DNA of 64,000 nucleotides, taken from the NCBI GenBank assembly GCA_012295275.1, contig CM022673.1, positions 20,150,001 to 20,214,000 of the forward strand, written 5' to 3'. Source of the stretch: Chrysomallon squamiferum (taxonomy: Eukaryota > Animalia > Mollusca). The notes below the pieces were generated by a model, which was not told the origin of the DNA, made no database searches, and saw only the letters and a program-made list of their open reading frames with translations. Positions 12,224 to 25,882 of this stretch are shown here, piece after piece (positions within the stretch are counted from its first letter, which is position 1; each line of letters begins with the position of its first letter). The translations under genes were made by a program, and so were the position numbers.

Positions 12224-15200
12224 TTTTCAATTACCTGAATTAATAATATTCTAAAACCTGAGCATTTTCGTTTTCTATTATATTTACCAATTAAAAAAAA
12301 TTATGTTCCAAAATAATTCTATAGTTTTGCATACATCTTTTATTTATTTTTAATTTTATTTTTTAAATGTACTCTTTTTCCTGCTTATTTAAGTGTTCTG
12401 GTTAGAATTCTGAATATTTCAGCTAGCTTTTCTAGTTCTATGTTGGATCAGAATGTAAATAGGCAGATACAAAAATGCGTAAATAATTATAATTAATGAA
12501 TCTTTTGAATTGACTTCATTTCTGAAACAAGAACTTTTTAACAGCACTAATACTGACAATGAAATTACTAGTCCAGTAGTTGATAGTCTCCTTTTGAAGG
12601 ACTACTATATGAAAATATTGTTAACATTAAATTTGGCAATTATGCTACAGGTACTGAACCATTTATCCAGAAAGCTTGGGACTGGAGGTGGCCCGGATTT
12701 CTGGATACATACTAAATATATATTTCTTTTTTAATCCATTAAAAATCTTAAGTTACCTATAGAGAATATGATCTATAATAAATAGGATGAAAATTAAATG
12801 AAAACAAGAAAGAAAATAATTTGAATTAAAACGATATCTGTACAGATTAATACACTTATATTTCTTACAGTATCGTATATAATTTAATTTGACAGGTATA
12901 ATGACTTCTGTGAGAGATTTACCTCTACACAGCAACAGTCTCACTTAAACTGTTCAGCATGTACATTATGGAAATGACTAATGCAGCTAATGGTGACTTA
13001 CAGCTGGACTAATTTAAAAGTAGTCCCTTAATAATAATAATAAATAGTTGCTGGTTTTCTGGATTTTCTGGATGAATAGTTCAGTACCTGTACTTGAATC
13101 TTACATTTGAAAGCATTGAACTAAATTTTTAATTTGATATTCACTGTCACTGTATAATATTAATATACTTTTCAGATTGAAAGTAAAATCTGCATGCTAA
13201 ATCAAGTGTCTGTATCTGTAAACTCAAGTGAAACTAAGTGTGATGTGAACAACAGGACAAAAATGTCGTTGGGGGATATGATCACTAAGCACTATGGAAT
13301 GTTCAAGAATCATGAAACAGATCGTGCATATCAAGCTCCTTTTTACACATACTATGTAAGTAATATGAACACTGAAATACACTGAAATAGTTGACATTTT
13401 TGTGCATGCAAAAACACTTTTCAGGTGTTACGGTTATTTTCAAAGTTTATTTATGTAATTTTAATGCACCTTGAATTTCTCAAGTTCATCTTAAATGTAT
13501 TTAATGATACAGACGTTTCTATAAAAATATTAAAACCAAGATTATTAGAGTTTATCAAATGCCAGCATCATCATCAGGTCTTTGTACACGGTGGGTTTTT
13601 TGTTTTGTTTTTTGTTAAAAGGCAGTAAAATAAAAATCAAAGTTTTTGAAAATTTAGATTTTGTTTGCAATGAATTTTGAAAACAAAAAGAATCTAATAT
13701 GATTTTTAGATAGTATATAGGTAAAAAAACAAAAACCGTGTGTGTTTATTTATTTTTATTTTTTTCAGGATAATGCTACCAAAGTGTATAAACAGGTGTG
13801 GTTTGAAAACAGCAGGAGTTTGCGATTAAAGTACCAGTATGCTCATGACTTTGGTCTGAAAGGTGTGTAATAAATGTTCCTTAGCAGCATGTGATAACAT
13901 CAATACAAAAATGCGAAAAAAAGAAGAAAAAAAAGAATTCAGATATTTAGAAATTTGAATAAATTGCTTTCAACAGGATAAAAGTAAATTTGTTTCTGCC
14001 TATAAATAACAATTATGTAATTTTGGTACACTTCTAGGTATTGGCATTTATACTGCTGAAGATTTATCTGAGATCAAGTCAGGAAGTGTTAATGGGTTCA
14101 ATGGAGGAATGTGGAACTGGGTTTTACATCAAATCATCCAGGAAGGTGTAAAAACACCTCCTGTGAGCAAATATCACCCAGGTAAGATACAGATCATTAT
14201 GTATCATTGATGGTATGAACCAATAGACCAAGGGTATCCATGGGAAGGATGATGTGTGGCTGTGAGGATATCGCTTCATCATATTTAATGTCTCATTTGA
14301 AATATAACAAGGCTGTGTGTCGGTATAAACACATATATACCATGAATGTCAGATGCTGTACCCAAAAAGGCGTCCAATATTCATTTTTAGATCTGACAGT
14401 TTTAAAGCTGTTATTTAATAAAAGTAATAAATAATATTAATAACTGTTTTATTTTGACTTTAATGGTTATCATAGAGTATGCAAATATATCAAGATAACA
14501 TACTGCTTAGCAGTATGTTTACATGAGAACATGTAAATGCAGCATTTTAATGAGAATAGTAAGAATCTGAGGTCAATACTGACCATCAGTAGTAATTTTA
14601 GCCGATTGTTTTGTTATTTTGATATATTTGCATACTCAAATACTTGACATATGCTATTTTACCTTGAGAGATAAACATTAAATATTCCTCACATGTTTAC
14701 TTATGTAGTGAGAGTAATTTTGTGGCATAAAACGGTTTGTAATCAGCAGGGTAAGCTTACTCGATAAATATTATTGGATCATGTAATATATATATTCTTT
14801 AAAGCTGAACTTGGATTGTGTTTCTAGTGATTTAATGTTGGCTAAATATAAATACATATATGACCTTGTTCCTTGAATACCCTTAGAGTCAAACCAAATC
14901 AGTTAGCTATCTACCCTATACAGGGAGATCTGTATGATCTGTATGTAGTTAGTGCTATTTTGGAGGGAGAGTGTTACACCTATTGTAGGGTTCTAATTTG
15001 GTTACATGACAATGATGCTAATTACAGGTAGTATGAAACTGCATTAGATGCCCTATGACAGTTATGCTTTCACATTTTATGCAAAAATTGTGCAACTATA
15101 GTGCCAGTGAAGTTAAAGCTCTGTGGCCTATAATATCATCAGGTTTGCGCACTCCTGCACTAGACTGTATAGGATTAGTAAAGTCCAATTATTATATTTG

Positions 15201-15464
15201 TTAACTGAACAACCACATTTTCTCAATGATAAAGTATTGCATTAAACTATCAAGAGCTCTAATAGTTCATTTGTTGATTTCATTCATTTTGTTCTTTCAG
15301 ACTCAGTTGCAGGAATTGCTATTGGTTGCATGCTTGTTGGAGTTATTCTTGGCATTGTCTTTATGATTATTTTGTTCCGAGTCAGGGTAAAGAAAAAAAT
15401 ACAGAGACCATTCCGGAAAGATGGACCAGATGAGTACCATGATGAAGATGACTTGAATTTGTGA
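8911..15464 (+). CDS. Di-N-acetylchitobiase (CTBS, GH18)-like protein, predicted catalytically inactive, type I membrane protein, 474 aa
   Basis: Nine GT-AG exons join in frame: 8911-9096, 9559-9700, 10162-10394, 11120-11303, 12022-12119, 13176-13355, 13769-13862, 14038-14181, 15301-15464 (1425 nt). CTBS-like motifs: hydrophobic leader then CPCSD..DC, WNWQSITTV, IMCEAH, LGIPWHGYEYIC, QAPFYTY, KQVWFENSRSLRLK, GLKGIGIY. The last exon adds the TM segment VAGIAIGCMLVGVILGIVFMIILF followed by RVRVKKK. Confidence 0.9.
10630..11075. mobile_element. MITE with 24-bp GGG-starting TIRs (PIF/Harbinger-like, tentative) in intron 3 of the CTBS-like gene
   Basis: GGGTCATTCTGTGTCAAATCACCC ... GGGTGATTTGACACGGAATGGCCC (2 mismatches). 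TSD is not clean, so the superfamily is tentative. Confidence 0.8.
12648..13090. mobile_element. Tc1/mariner-pogo (Tigger-like) MITE in intron 5 of the CTBS-like gene
   Basis: TA|CAGGTACTGAACCATTTATCCAGAAA ... TTTCTGGATGAATAGTTCAGTACCTG|TA: 26-bp TIR with 2 mismatches and a TA target duplication. Confidence 0.85.
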
Positions 15465-16021
15465 TAATTGATTTGTTACATAAACTAACATCATTATTAC
15501 ACTTTTGTTATAGTTATTTGAAATATATGCCAATAATCTAAATATAACTGAATTTGAATTTTGAGGAACAAGATTTTCATCTAAATAACAATTTGTTTTT
15601 TCACTAAAATTATATCTTTGTCTATTTCATTCTAATATTTTATCTAATTTTTTTATATTCTTAGACAAATGAAGCTCATAAAACGAGGATAAGGAACATA
15701 TTTTGAACATTAATGTAAATACAACAACGAAATGAAATACTAGATTACACTCAAACAAAAATTGAAATGGTAATCTTTTTTAGTACCTTAAAATATTATG
15801 TATTTACTTTGAACCACAGATACACAAGAATGTTATGCAATCATATATAGATGGCATATTTGTTTTCTCATTTTATATTGTAAAAAGCACTGAAAATATA
15901 TGCTTGGTGGATTTTGTTATGAATTTGTTTTGTAATTACATTCCAGAATTTTCAGGTGATGTGCATATTATACATTCTGCCCACATTTATGTTTTTACAA
16001 TATATATATATGCATGCATAC

Positions 16022-16052
<31 letters not shown>

Positions 16053-18143
16053 CATCTAATCATGTATGACAGTCTATTTTTTATTTTATTTCAATCTTTG
16101 ATACAAATATAATAAAATTTCTAATAAAATAGCTATTCATTAATTGTGACATTTAGTACTTTGTATTTAAACTAAAATATTTTAAGTACCTTTAATCAGG
16201 TTTATAAACATTTGGTGTTTACATGAATGTGGTATACGTTGTGTTCATATTAACAGCAATAGTAATAACTTTTATGTTTAAACTTAAAATTTTTAATTGG
16301 AAATTATAAATAACTGCAACAAACTGAAAAAAGGCTGAAAGTGAAACACTTTTGTAAAAGATTAAAATTAGTTTACAATTAAAATAAATTTGGAAGAATG
16401 ATTCAGTGAAAATTTTGTTGTAAAATTAATTTAACACTCAAAAGAAACATTTAGTTATTTAAAACCGAATTTTGTTCCCATTCTTCAGTATGACATAATA
16501 ATAAATTATTTTAATGTCCATATATGTACGTTTCTATTCAGATTATAAGGTATTGGATATTACTTGGAACAAACAGAACTAATTATTTTGTTGATGTTTT
16601 AATTCAAATTAATATTATATTTAATTTTTATTAATTACTTAGCTGACTTTTGTAATGACTGTTTTAGGAAAGAATAAGGAACAAATAAATCTGGGTTTTT
16701 TGTTTGCTTATTTGTTTCATATGATTTAGAAACATTCATATGATTTTAAGTATTGTTTTCTAAATTAGCCAAAAAACAATGTTTTTAAGTTTAAACCTAT
16801 CATAGTCACATAGTGCCTTAATGTTTGATCCCATTTTTTCATTTTAAAAAATATTTTAATTTTTTTTTCTAAAAATCTAAATACTAGTGAAAGTAGTTAT
16901 GTAGTTTGCTCAGTACTGTACTATATAATTATTAACAATCTTTAGTGAATCTATTCAAAAAAAACAAACAAAAAAACAATTGATTTAAACTTTTCAAATT
17001 TTGAATTTAAAAAAGCAGTAGGAATTACTTAACAGATCCAAGGTTGAAAATCTTGCATCATTCCATGTTGCAAATTTTGTGTTTTGTTTACTCACAAATA
17101 AACAGTGATTAAAATCTGTTGTTTCATCAAGATATTTTATGTATAACAACACAAACACAAAAATGGACAAAATTTGCTGGAGTTGGTCATTCAGTTTGTC
17201 TGAATGGAAGTTGGATTATGCAAATCAGCCTCACTGTGCACGTTTAAAATATGTCCACACAGTTCAAACTAAAGTACTCATATACTTCAATTCCCTGAGG
17301 TGATTATTAACTGTATTAATACTGCATACTCTAAATGTTATTTTTGGTGGTAATATCATTATTACAAGTCAGTTTCAAGGTATTGCTTTTATTTTCAACT
17401 ACAGATCAATATGAATTGTTAATTTGTACCATGGAAACATGACAATAACAATACATATAAAGAAGAATTAATGTAAATAACTGATAAACACACATACTGT
17501 ATTTTCACCACTTAACCTAATTTAATATACTGTAGAAACTAGAATAAATGTGTAATAATTTACTATACACAATAAAAAGAAAACATTACAAAAAAAAAAA
17601 AAAAAAAAAAAAAAAACTTCACATTTCATCTATCCAGAACTAATTAATCTGTAAAATACTGTTAGGTTACAAGGCAAGCATTTCCTAGTCACTACAGTTT
17701 TGTAAACATTTTGAAAGATGTTCTGAATCCATTCAGTAAAAGAGACAGTACCTGCAAAATCATGAATAATTTATGTTGAAATGTTAATCAAACAAAACTT
17801 GCTATCATCAGTAACTGGTCAAATAAAAATGTTTTGCATAATCTAATCAAATCTTCAAAACATGTTGAATAAAATTAATAAAATTAATAGGCAATACACT
17901 AATTTATTAAAAAAGTACATTTTAATTAGAGTATACATATGAAAATATTTAAATAAAACTGATATTTATAAATTGAATCCATAGTTTGTATACCAGTTAA
18001 ATGATTCACTGAATTCCAGCTTATTCTTATTGATGAAATTATAGTATATATCTTGTTCTTATGTTATAGTTCGTTGTACAAAATTTTGTATTATCTAAAA
18101 TAAATAAAAAATATTTTTTTTACAAACCATGAACAAAATATTG

Positions 18144-21100
18144 TTATCTTGTAGCTTCAGATCCAGTTTTAGATAAATCTGAACTGTTCAGTGATTGTAA
18201 TAAACTTTCAGCATATTCCAATTCCTCCTAAAAAATAAAAATGAAGAAAAAACCCTATTGAAAATGAATAATGATCATAGTATTAAGAATACACTTTAAT
18301 TGAAGATATTTTGTAAACTTCAGTTTAGTAACATTATTATTATAAATTAATAATAATAATAATAAAAATAAATATTTAAAAAATAAAAACTAATATTTAC
18401 ACATCTTTATTGAAGCTATTAACAGTATTAACAATATTTTTTTAAAATGTATATGATAGTATTATCTGAAAATATTAAATTTAATGAAAGAAAGCAAACA
18501 ACCTGAAATTCTGGTTTATTGCAGATTTCTTCAATCCTCTGAGATAATAAATTTATTAAATTCAGATGTTCTTTCTGTGCTTCCTGTTGAGCTCTGCTGT
18601 GATCTGTGATGACGGTTAGAAGAGCTCCCATAACATGTTCATGGGCAGAAGTGTGTTCCTCAGACAAGTGGCCAACCAACTGATCTATCATGCCAATGTC
18701 ACACAGTATATCTGAAAAACAACCACCAAAAGCCACAACATATTTTGAATGCTACATAAAATTAGCATTTTACTGATAAAACTGCTAATCAAAAACATGA
18801 CTTTTAGAAAGTTTATTATTTTTAAACATACCTTTAAGGGCAGGTTGGTCGATACACATGTGTTGCATAAAGAAAGCACCTTTGATCATTAATTTATCCA
18901 CACCACTCTGCATGGCTCTCATTAATACAGAGAAACCATCACAGTTAATAAATACCTTCTGTGCCTCTGTTGAGTCTCTACACAAACCTTCAAAATGAGT
19001 TTTTAGAAATTTGATTAAAAATTAAAACAACTCTGAATGTAACAAAAACAACTTTAAAAATTTCTGCAATTTTTAAATAATTTTATGAATTACTATTAAA
19101 GAAGTATATTATTATATGAAAAGACTGAATTAATAAAATTATATCAAAATAAAAATAGCAAATGAAATGATTTATATACACTTAGAACAGACAAATTGTG
19201 CATGTCTATAAAATGTATGGCATCATTCATAAAGTAACAAAAGGAATATAACTGCATAAACAATGCAATATAAAATTTCATTTTATTAATAGAAAAAAAT
19301 GTATGTGTTTAATGATTATGTGAGAGGAAAATAACTGATATTTAATTGCCCCCAGTTAAAAGTAGTGACCGGATCTTTATTTGACTATGCAAGGAAAAAC
19401 TGTGTAGAGCAGGGGTGGGCAAACTTTTTGGCTCAAGTGCCACATTGAGTTTTTGAAACTGACAAGTGGGCCATTCCATTATGAGGTGGAAAAGGAACGA
19501 TCATAAAGCATAAAAAATACACACGAAATCCACTTTTACTGCACACTCATTTTGTTATGGAGGGTGATGCTCTATCGGAGACAGAGATGGCAATGCATAG
19601 CTGAGAGAATGTGGTGTATATATACACTGACATGCCCCATTTTGATATGTTGTTTAAATCAGTTTTGACTGTTTTTCGATGGAGCTTCACGGTAAACATC
19701 ATGTGACAGTTTGAATGTGCCAATTGTAATTGCCATCTCTAGTCAGTGGCAAAGAAAGGCCCAGTCTAGTTACAATGCGTCACCTGGTGATACCAATTAA
19801 GTATTGCAGAGAAAACAAAATCAGTGAAATGAAGACTTCAAATTTTAAAATGTTATAGGTTTATTGTTTGTGAAAATTCCCGACAGGCCGGATAAAATGA
19901 TGTTGCAGCCTGATGTGGCCTGCAGGCCATAGTTTGCCCACCTCTGGTATGTTAGGTAAATACAACTAACATGATACAGCATACAATGCTTTAACACGAA
20001 CTGTTGTATTTTTATCATTGTCTAGTAAGTCTAACAAGTGTGGTAAGATATCAGCTTCAAGAACTGCTTTCTGACAATATGGATTATTCTGAACTAGAAC
20101 AGCAATCAGCTGAGCTCCCAGCCATCTTAGCTCTGCCTCATCATGGTTCAGGACTACAGGAAATATCTCAAATCCTTTAATCTTGTTAAAATCTGAAAAA
20201 TGTAAACATTATTAATGGAAAGTAACGTCTTTAGCACATATAAATCTATTCATGGCTCACTTGTTTATCATGCATAAATATCTCATACATTCACCAACTA
20301 ACTGTTTAGAATTAGAATACCAAATAAGAATTGGTTTTAATAATTAGCAGCAAAACATTTATAAACTAATAAAGCTATAACACTTCAGATTTCCTAAAAT
20401 GGGCACATAAAATTTCAGTAACTTTATTTACAACGCTTTACCCATAGCAAAGTCTATCTTGTCACACCAATCTTGCAGCTCTTTGATTGCAGCTATCTGT
20501 CTTTCAGTTAAATCATCCTCTGATCCCTTTGTTTTAATAACATTTATATAAGCTTGCATTTTCTCTATATGATCAGCTGAAACTGCACCAAGAGCTTGTT
20601 GAAGCCATTGTTTTCTCTGAAAATAAAATTTACATAAATGACAATTGAAAGTGTTATTTTTTTAAAAATTGATTTTTTTTTATGTTTCATTTTAAATAAT
20701 AATACATTACCTTCATGTTGTGAAATTTCAACATAATACATCATATATATGTTAACATATATGTTTATAGATACTACATTTAATATGATTTATATTAAAA
20801 ACACTATCTTTATATTATTATTAGCTGAAAGTTACCATTAATCAACAGCTACACGTTTCTGTGTATTTTTGCTGTATATGAAATGCTTTGAAAGCAATCG
20901 TATATTAATTTTACAATTCTCAAAAGAAAATGTGGAAGATTTAAAAATTAGATTCTTTGTCAGTCAGGGTAACATTGTGGATTATAGTACATTCTTTTAT
21001 CTATAACAGTAGCTTCAATAATTTCAAAATCTCTCTCACTCTGTAGTCCTGTAAGCATTCATATGCTTATCCAAACTTCAACAAAAAGGCAAAACAAACA

Positions 21101-21296
21101 AACAAAGAACATTACCCCCTACTCCACCCAAAAAAGACCCCACAAAGATATTTACTTCAGGATCTAGAGTATGTTGATCATTACTTGACTGTGTAACACT
21201 TGACTGACTCTGACTAGCATCTGCACAGTAAGCCAGTAAACTCATCATGTCTTTTGGTGGAGAAGGATTTCTACATTCATCTCCACCTGAAGCCAT
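18144..21296 (-). CDS. HSPBP1: Hsp70-binding protein 1 (Fes1/SIL1-family armadillo nucleotide exchange factor), 328 aa
   Basis: Six GT-AG coding exons in frame: 21156-21296, 20442-20616, 19971-20192, 18832-18987, 18503-18711, 18144-18227 (987 nt). Motifs: DPERKQWLQQAL, WCDKIDFAMDF, LRWLGAQLIAVLVQNNPYCQ, VRVKALYAVSCLCR, DGFSVLMRAMQ, HEHVMGALL, PEFQEELE. Confidence 0.93.
19410..19946. mobile_element. hAT-like MITE in an HSPBP1 intron
   Basis: TIRs CAGGGGTGGGCAAACT ... AGTTTGCCCACCTCTG, with the GGCC-rich subterminal block typical of hAT MITEs. Left flank GTGTAGAG; the right 8-bp TSD is degraded. Confidence 0.8.
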
Positions 21297-23629
21297 TTTC
21301 TTCAAAATTCCTGGAAATGTGGAAATAATTATAATATATTTTAAAGTATAGAAATGTTATAAAGATTTGAATAAAGTTAAGAAGTATTGATATTTTATTC
21401 AAATGAAATTTAGCCTGATTCAAGATGAAAGAAAAAAACAAAACAGGAATTAGTCAGTTTTTGGTTACAGGAACCTGTTATTATTAACATGTTTATTTAA
21501 AAACAGAGTGATTAACTCTGATACGGTAGGTATGTGTTATGAGTCAGATTTCCTTTGTGAAAGTCTGCATCCTCGAAATATATCATGTATCAGATGTCAA
21601 AACAAAATCAGAGATTACAGTCATGTCTTTTTTGAAATATTAACAGAAAGTAGTAATAATCATTATTTAACTCTTATTTAATTCTTAATGTCAAAACATA
21701 TCTATAAACATGGGTAGACCACAACTGCAAGATTACTGTATATTAGCAGTAAATAAAAAGACCATATCAAAACATTCAGTCAAATATCTTGATGTACATT
21801 TTTTGTGCAACCAGAAAGGACTGACACGGTTTAAAATTATTATAGTTTAAATTTATTATCATTCAGAACATTCTTAAATACATTTTCTGGTAACAGATAG
21901 TGTATACACTGAGTATTTATGTAGTTGAAAGTGAATAATGTCTGCATATCTGGGGCCAGTTATCTTAGAACAAATGCTATCTTTCATCTTACTGGCTTTT
22001 GACCATAACCAGTTTCAGAGGCCATCAAGTGGATTAAATGATTTTTATCTGGTGATACTGGTATGAAAGTTAATTAACATGAGTTGTAATACAGAAAACA
22101 GATTTATTTCTATTAGTTCATACAGAAATAATGGCAAAGAAATATTTCTTATAATCTGTTTGTTTGTGAACCTATCTATTAGTATTAGTAGGATGTGACA
22201 AAACATCTGCAGCGCAGCAATGGATCACATAATTTTTGTGATGCACAACTGCTTTACTTAAAGTGGGCTTCCTCATTTGTTTCCATTATTTTTATGTATT
22301 TCTGAAATCAACAAACATCACAATGTAGCAAACATATTCAGTTTCATCTTTGTTTCTTTATATATGATCTTTGATAAACAATGGAGAATTATCAAGCAAG
22401 TTTACTGTTTCAAAATGATTGTCGTGGGACAAAGATAAGCTAATTCTGAACTTTAAATCATATACAAATTGCAGATTGTGCCATCTCTTAAAATCTGCCA
22501 AATTTAATACAATATATGAAGTAGGAGGTAGTTAATTTGGGGTACCAAAATGTATCATGTTTTCAGTAAATGACAGAGCCATAGTCACGATTGTGGTTGC
22601 TGTTGTTGCAGATGTTTCATTTATTTAGTAATTATGTGGCATAATTATGATAATAATTCAGTTTTAAATAGTTTTTCTTTCTGATGAAGCTATTGATTAT
22701 GAAGACAGTGCTTAGCAAGTTAATTTTTATGAACTTCTTTATATCTATATTATGAAGCCAAAAGGCAAATTAATGCTGATTAATATTAGAAGTTAACTGG
22801 TAAAAAGAAAAATGAATGTTAGCAAAATGCTTGAAAATATAAAGACCTCTACAGTTCACCAGTCTTGAAAAATGATCTCTTGGTATTCTAATTTAATTTC
22901 TATTGGCGTTTTTGAGAATTGCATAATAAAGGCATAAATCACATTCAAACTAATTAGTGCTATTACTTAATTATTAAAATTCATGAGTGTATAGCTCTAT
23001 AACTCATCAAAAGCTTCATTTTAATATATAATACATGTATGTATTGGTTTGAAACTATATCAGTATATCATTATCATATATGAGATATTCAGTATTTATA
23101 CTGCCAAACGACTGTGATTCTTGAGAAAAATACCTGCAATTTTATTCATATATTTAAATTATTTATAAATATATCAAAGATATTAATCTTCTTACTCTTC
23201 CTTTCTCTTTATTTTTATTTATTTATTATTATTATTATATTTTTATATTATATTTATAATATTGGAAAATTATATTTATGAAAATTGTTACTTACCTAAT
23301 AGTAATACTATTAGTCAAACGATACATTATAAACAAAAAGTCGGCAAAACTGGCAACTACAAGTTCTTAAAAATATAAACAAAATGCATTGAATCTTTGA
23401 TTCACAGTGAGTCAGTGAATGGTAAGAAGTTTACACGTTAAACTGATTACACAAATTTACAGTGATTTGTGTTGCACATAAAAATTAAAATGTAATTTTA
23501 AATTTACGGCAATTTCGCTCGTTGCGAGATCACTGAACACCGACGTAACTGCAAGTTTAACAAAACTCAGATAGTTTTAAAATGGAAAATGTACTTTAAA
23601 AAATCATAACTCTGATTGGTATTTATTAC

Positions 23630-23720
23630 CTGTAAGTGTAAGGTGCTAGCTTCATGAAGAACTGTACAATGAAATTTTGTTTTGATCGTTCTTTCTAGAA
23701 AAAAGAAGCCGAGGAGGGAG
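23630..23720 (-). promoter_or_regulatory. Putative non-coding first exon and promoter of HSPBP1
   Basis: Minus-strand donor ACAG|GTAATA at 23630/23629. The first coding exon has an acceptor (atttccag) at 21310, only 14 nt before the ATG, so an upstream exon is expected. An HSE core TTCTAGAA lies at 23693-23700. Confidence 0.45.
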
Positions 23721-25838
23721 TTATTTCCCTTTGAGGGATACCATGGATGTCCTTGAATACATTACATTTGTAATAATGTCTTTCTTCACACTGGATCCAC
23801 CATCTGTATTTAATCTATTCACCTCAAAATTTGATTGTAAGAGCTGTCTTTAAAATACGGTTATAATTTTGAAGCGCTTTGAATAGTAAGAAAAATATGT
23901 TTTGAGTGTTCGTATGTGAACGTGCATAATTATGTACTATCAAAATATATATTCGACGATTCTCATCGGAATATTCGCAACTTCGTCAAAACACTACTTC
24001 ACAGTTTCTTTCTTAATTCTGCATCTTCATAATGTATATGCAACTGTGTCTGGGATTAAAGATAGTGAATACAGAGTGAAAATATCTGGAAACAGAGAAA
24101 TCCGTTTGAGGCGAAGTCAATATTATATAGGCCTACATCATCATTAATAAAAGAACATAACCAAGTATTTTTAAAAATAACAGAGGTTCACACATTTCAG
24201 TGCTTGGGTATGACTCTATTGTATACAAAATTTTTGTAAACAGTTGGCAAAACACCAAGTTTCTTACCTGTGGGGCAAATAAATGAAAAAAAAATCTGAT
24301 ATTCTGCAACGTTTATTCCTTCCATCCATGAGACAAAACTGGTTATTTTTAAAAGTAATGTTCAACTTTTTCCATAGTTTTATTTTTATTTTGTTATTTT
24401 TTTGTGTTTGTGTGTGATAATAAAATTTGAGATTCTCCGAGGGGAAAACACACAGTAACACCAAAACCAGCAACAAAAAAGAGCAAAATTAATAAATATT
24501 TATAATTTATTCGTTTTTGTTTGCCTGTTTGTATCATATATAGCACTTTTAAATATAATTTCCAGTATATATGGAATCAGCAACCATATTATATGTTTTA
24601 TTTATAACTTCGAATATTACAATGTATTTGGAGGATTAATTATTACATTAATCAGGCCTTTGCTATCTCGAAAAGAAACATTTCTGCAGTCTAAAAATCG
24701 AAATCCAATGCTTGAGAAAGGAAACTAAAAAGAAGAAATTGTCTCATAACATATATATTTCAGTATTTTCAATACTCAAGATGAACAACAAAATTAATTA
24801 GTTGAAGCCAAAAAATAAAAAAATAAAATAAAGTTGTATGTACTATAAAATAAATTCTGAATCTTGAAATTCAACAAATAGAAAATACTTCGACAGATGT
24901 ACTTTAAATGATAATTTCGGCATGAATTCTGAATCTGGTTTATTTCGTTTCTGTCTGCGTCCAAGAACAGAATTTTAATGAGAAACCGAAGTTTAAATTT
25001 TGTCAAAACGAATTCAAGAGTTACAGAGGAAGGCTTTTTCAAAATATTAATCGGAGTGATCATCATCATTACGTTTTTTCATTCTTCTTCTTATAATTAA
25101 TTTCTAAACATATCTTATTTTTCTTCCCCCTTTTTTAATAATTATTATTACTGGTGCTTACAATATGACGTCTTGAAAAAATCCATGTATTCAGTGTTGT
25201 TTGAAAAAGTTGGATTTCGCGTGAATATGAAAGCAAAATTATCAAAGATGTTTCAAATTTACAACGTGATTATAAAATTGTATTCTGATTATGATAATAA
25301 TGATGATAATAATAATAATAATAGTAAGATTAGGAAGAATTATTATTAATATTAAGCTGCAAAGTGTATGCTGTTTTCTTTCTTTCTCTTTTTCTTTGAA
25401 AAGATATATTCTTTAGAATACAATGATCAAAGGTTCCAGGCCGAGTGAAAGGTTATACAACCTTGTTTTTTTTTTTTTTTTCTTTAATCGTGACCAGCAT
25501 TAAATATTCGTAATTCTTGGTTTGTTTTCTACTAATTATGAACAGTACTGTGCATTTTCACAGTTTTCCACAAAAAAGACAAATTATCCTGAAAATATTT
25601 GCATTGTAATAAAGTCAGACCGCAGCAGACTTCATTAAATGCAAATATGTCCTTTGATTTCTTATCTTTTGATAAAAATATTAAATATTTGTTTTTATTA
25701 ATCATCATAACATTTAATTTATTTTTTAAACTTTTGTATATATATATATATAAATACCCATTAGAGTTATGATTATATGTATATATAATATCATAGTGGA
25801 ATAACAATATAAACACAGAATGAATTAGCATGCAAAAA

Positions 25839-25882
<44 letters not shown>

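Noticed and set aside
21900-22700. Less AT-rich block in HSPBP1 intron 1, possible nested gene
   Set aside because: The frames I translated on both strands are interrupted by stops and show no motif.
23740-25070. ORFs 23932..24147 and 24794..25069 as a divergent gene next to the HSPBP1 promoter
   Set aside because: Short, no homology cues and no joinable exons.
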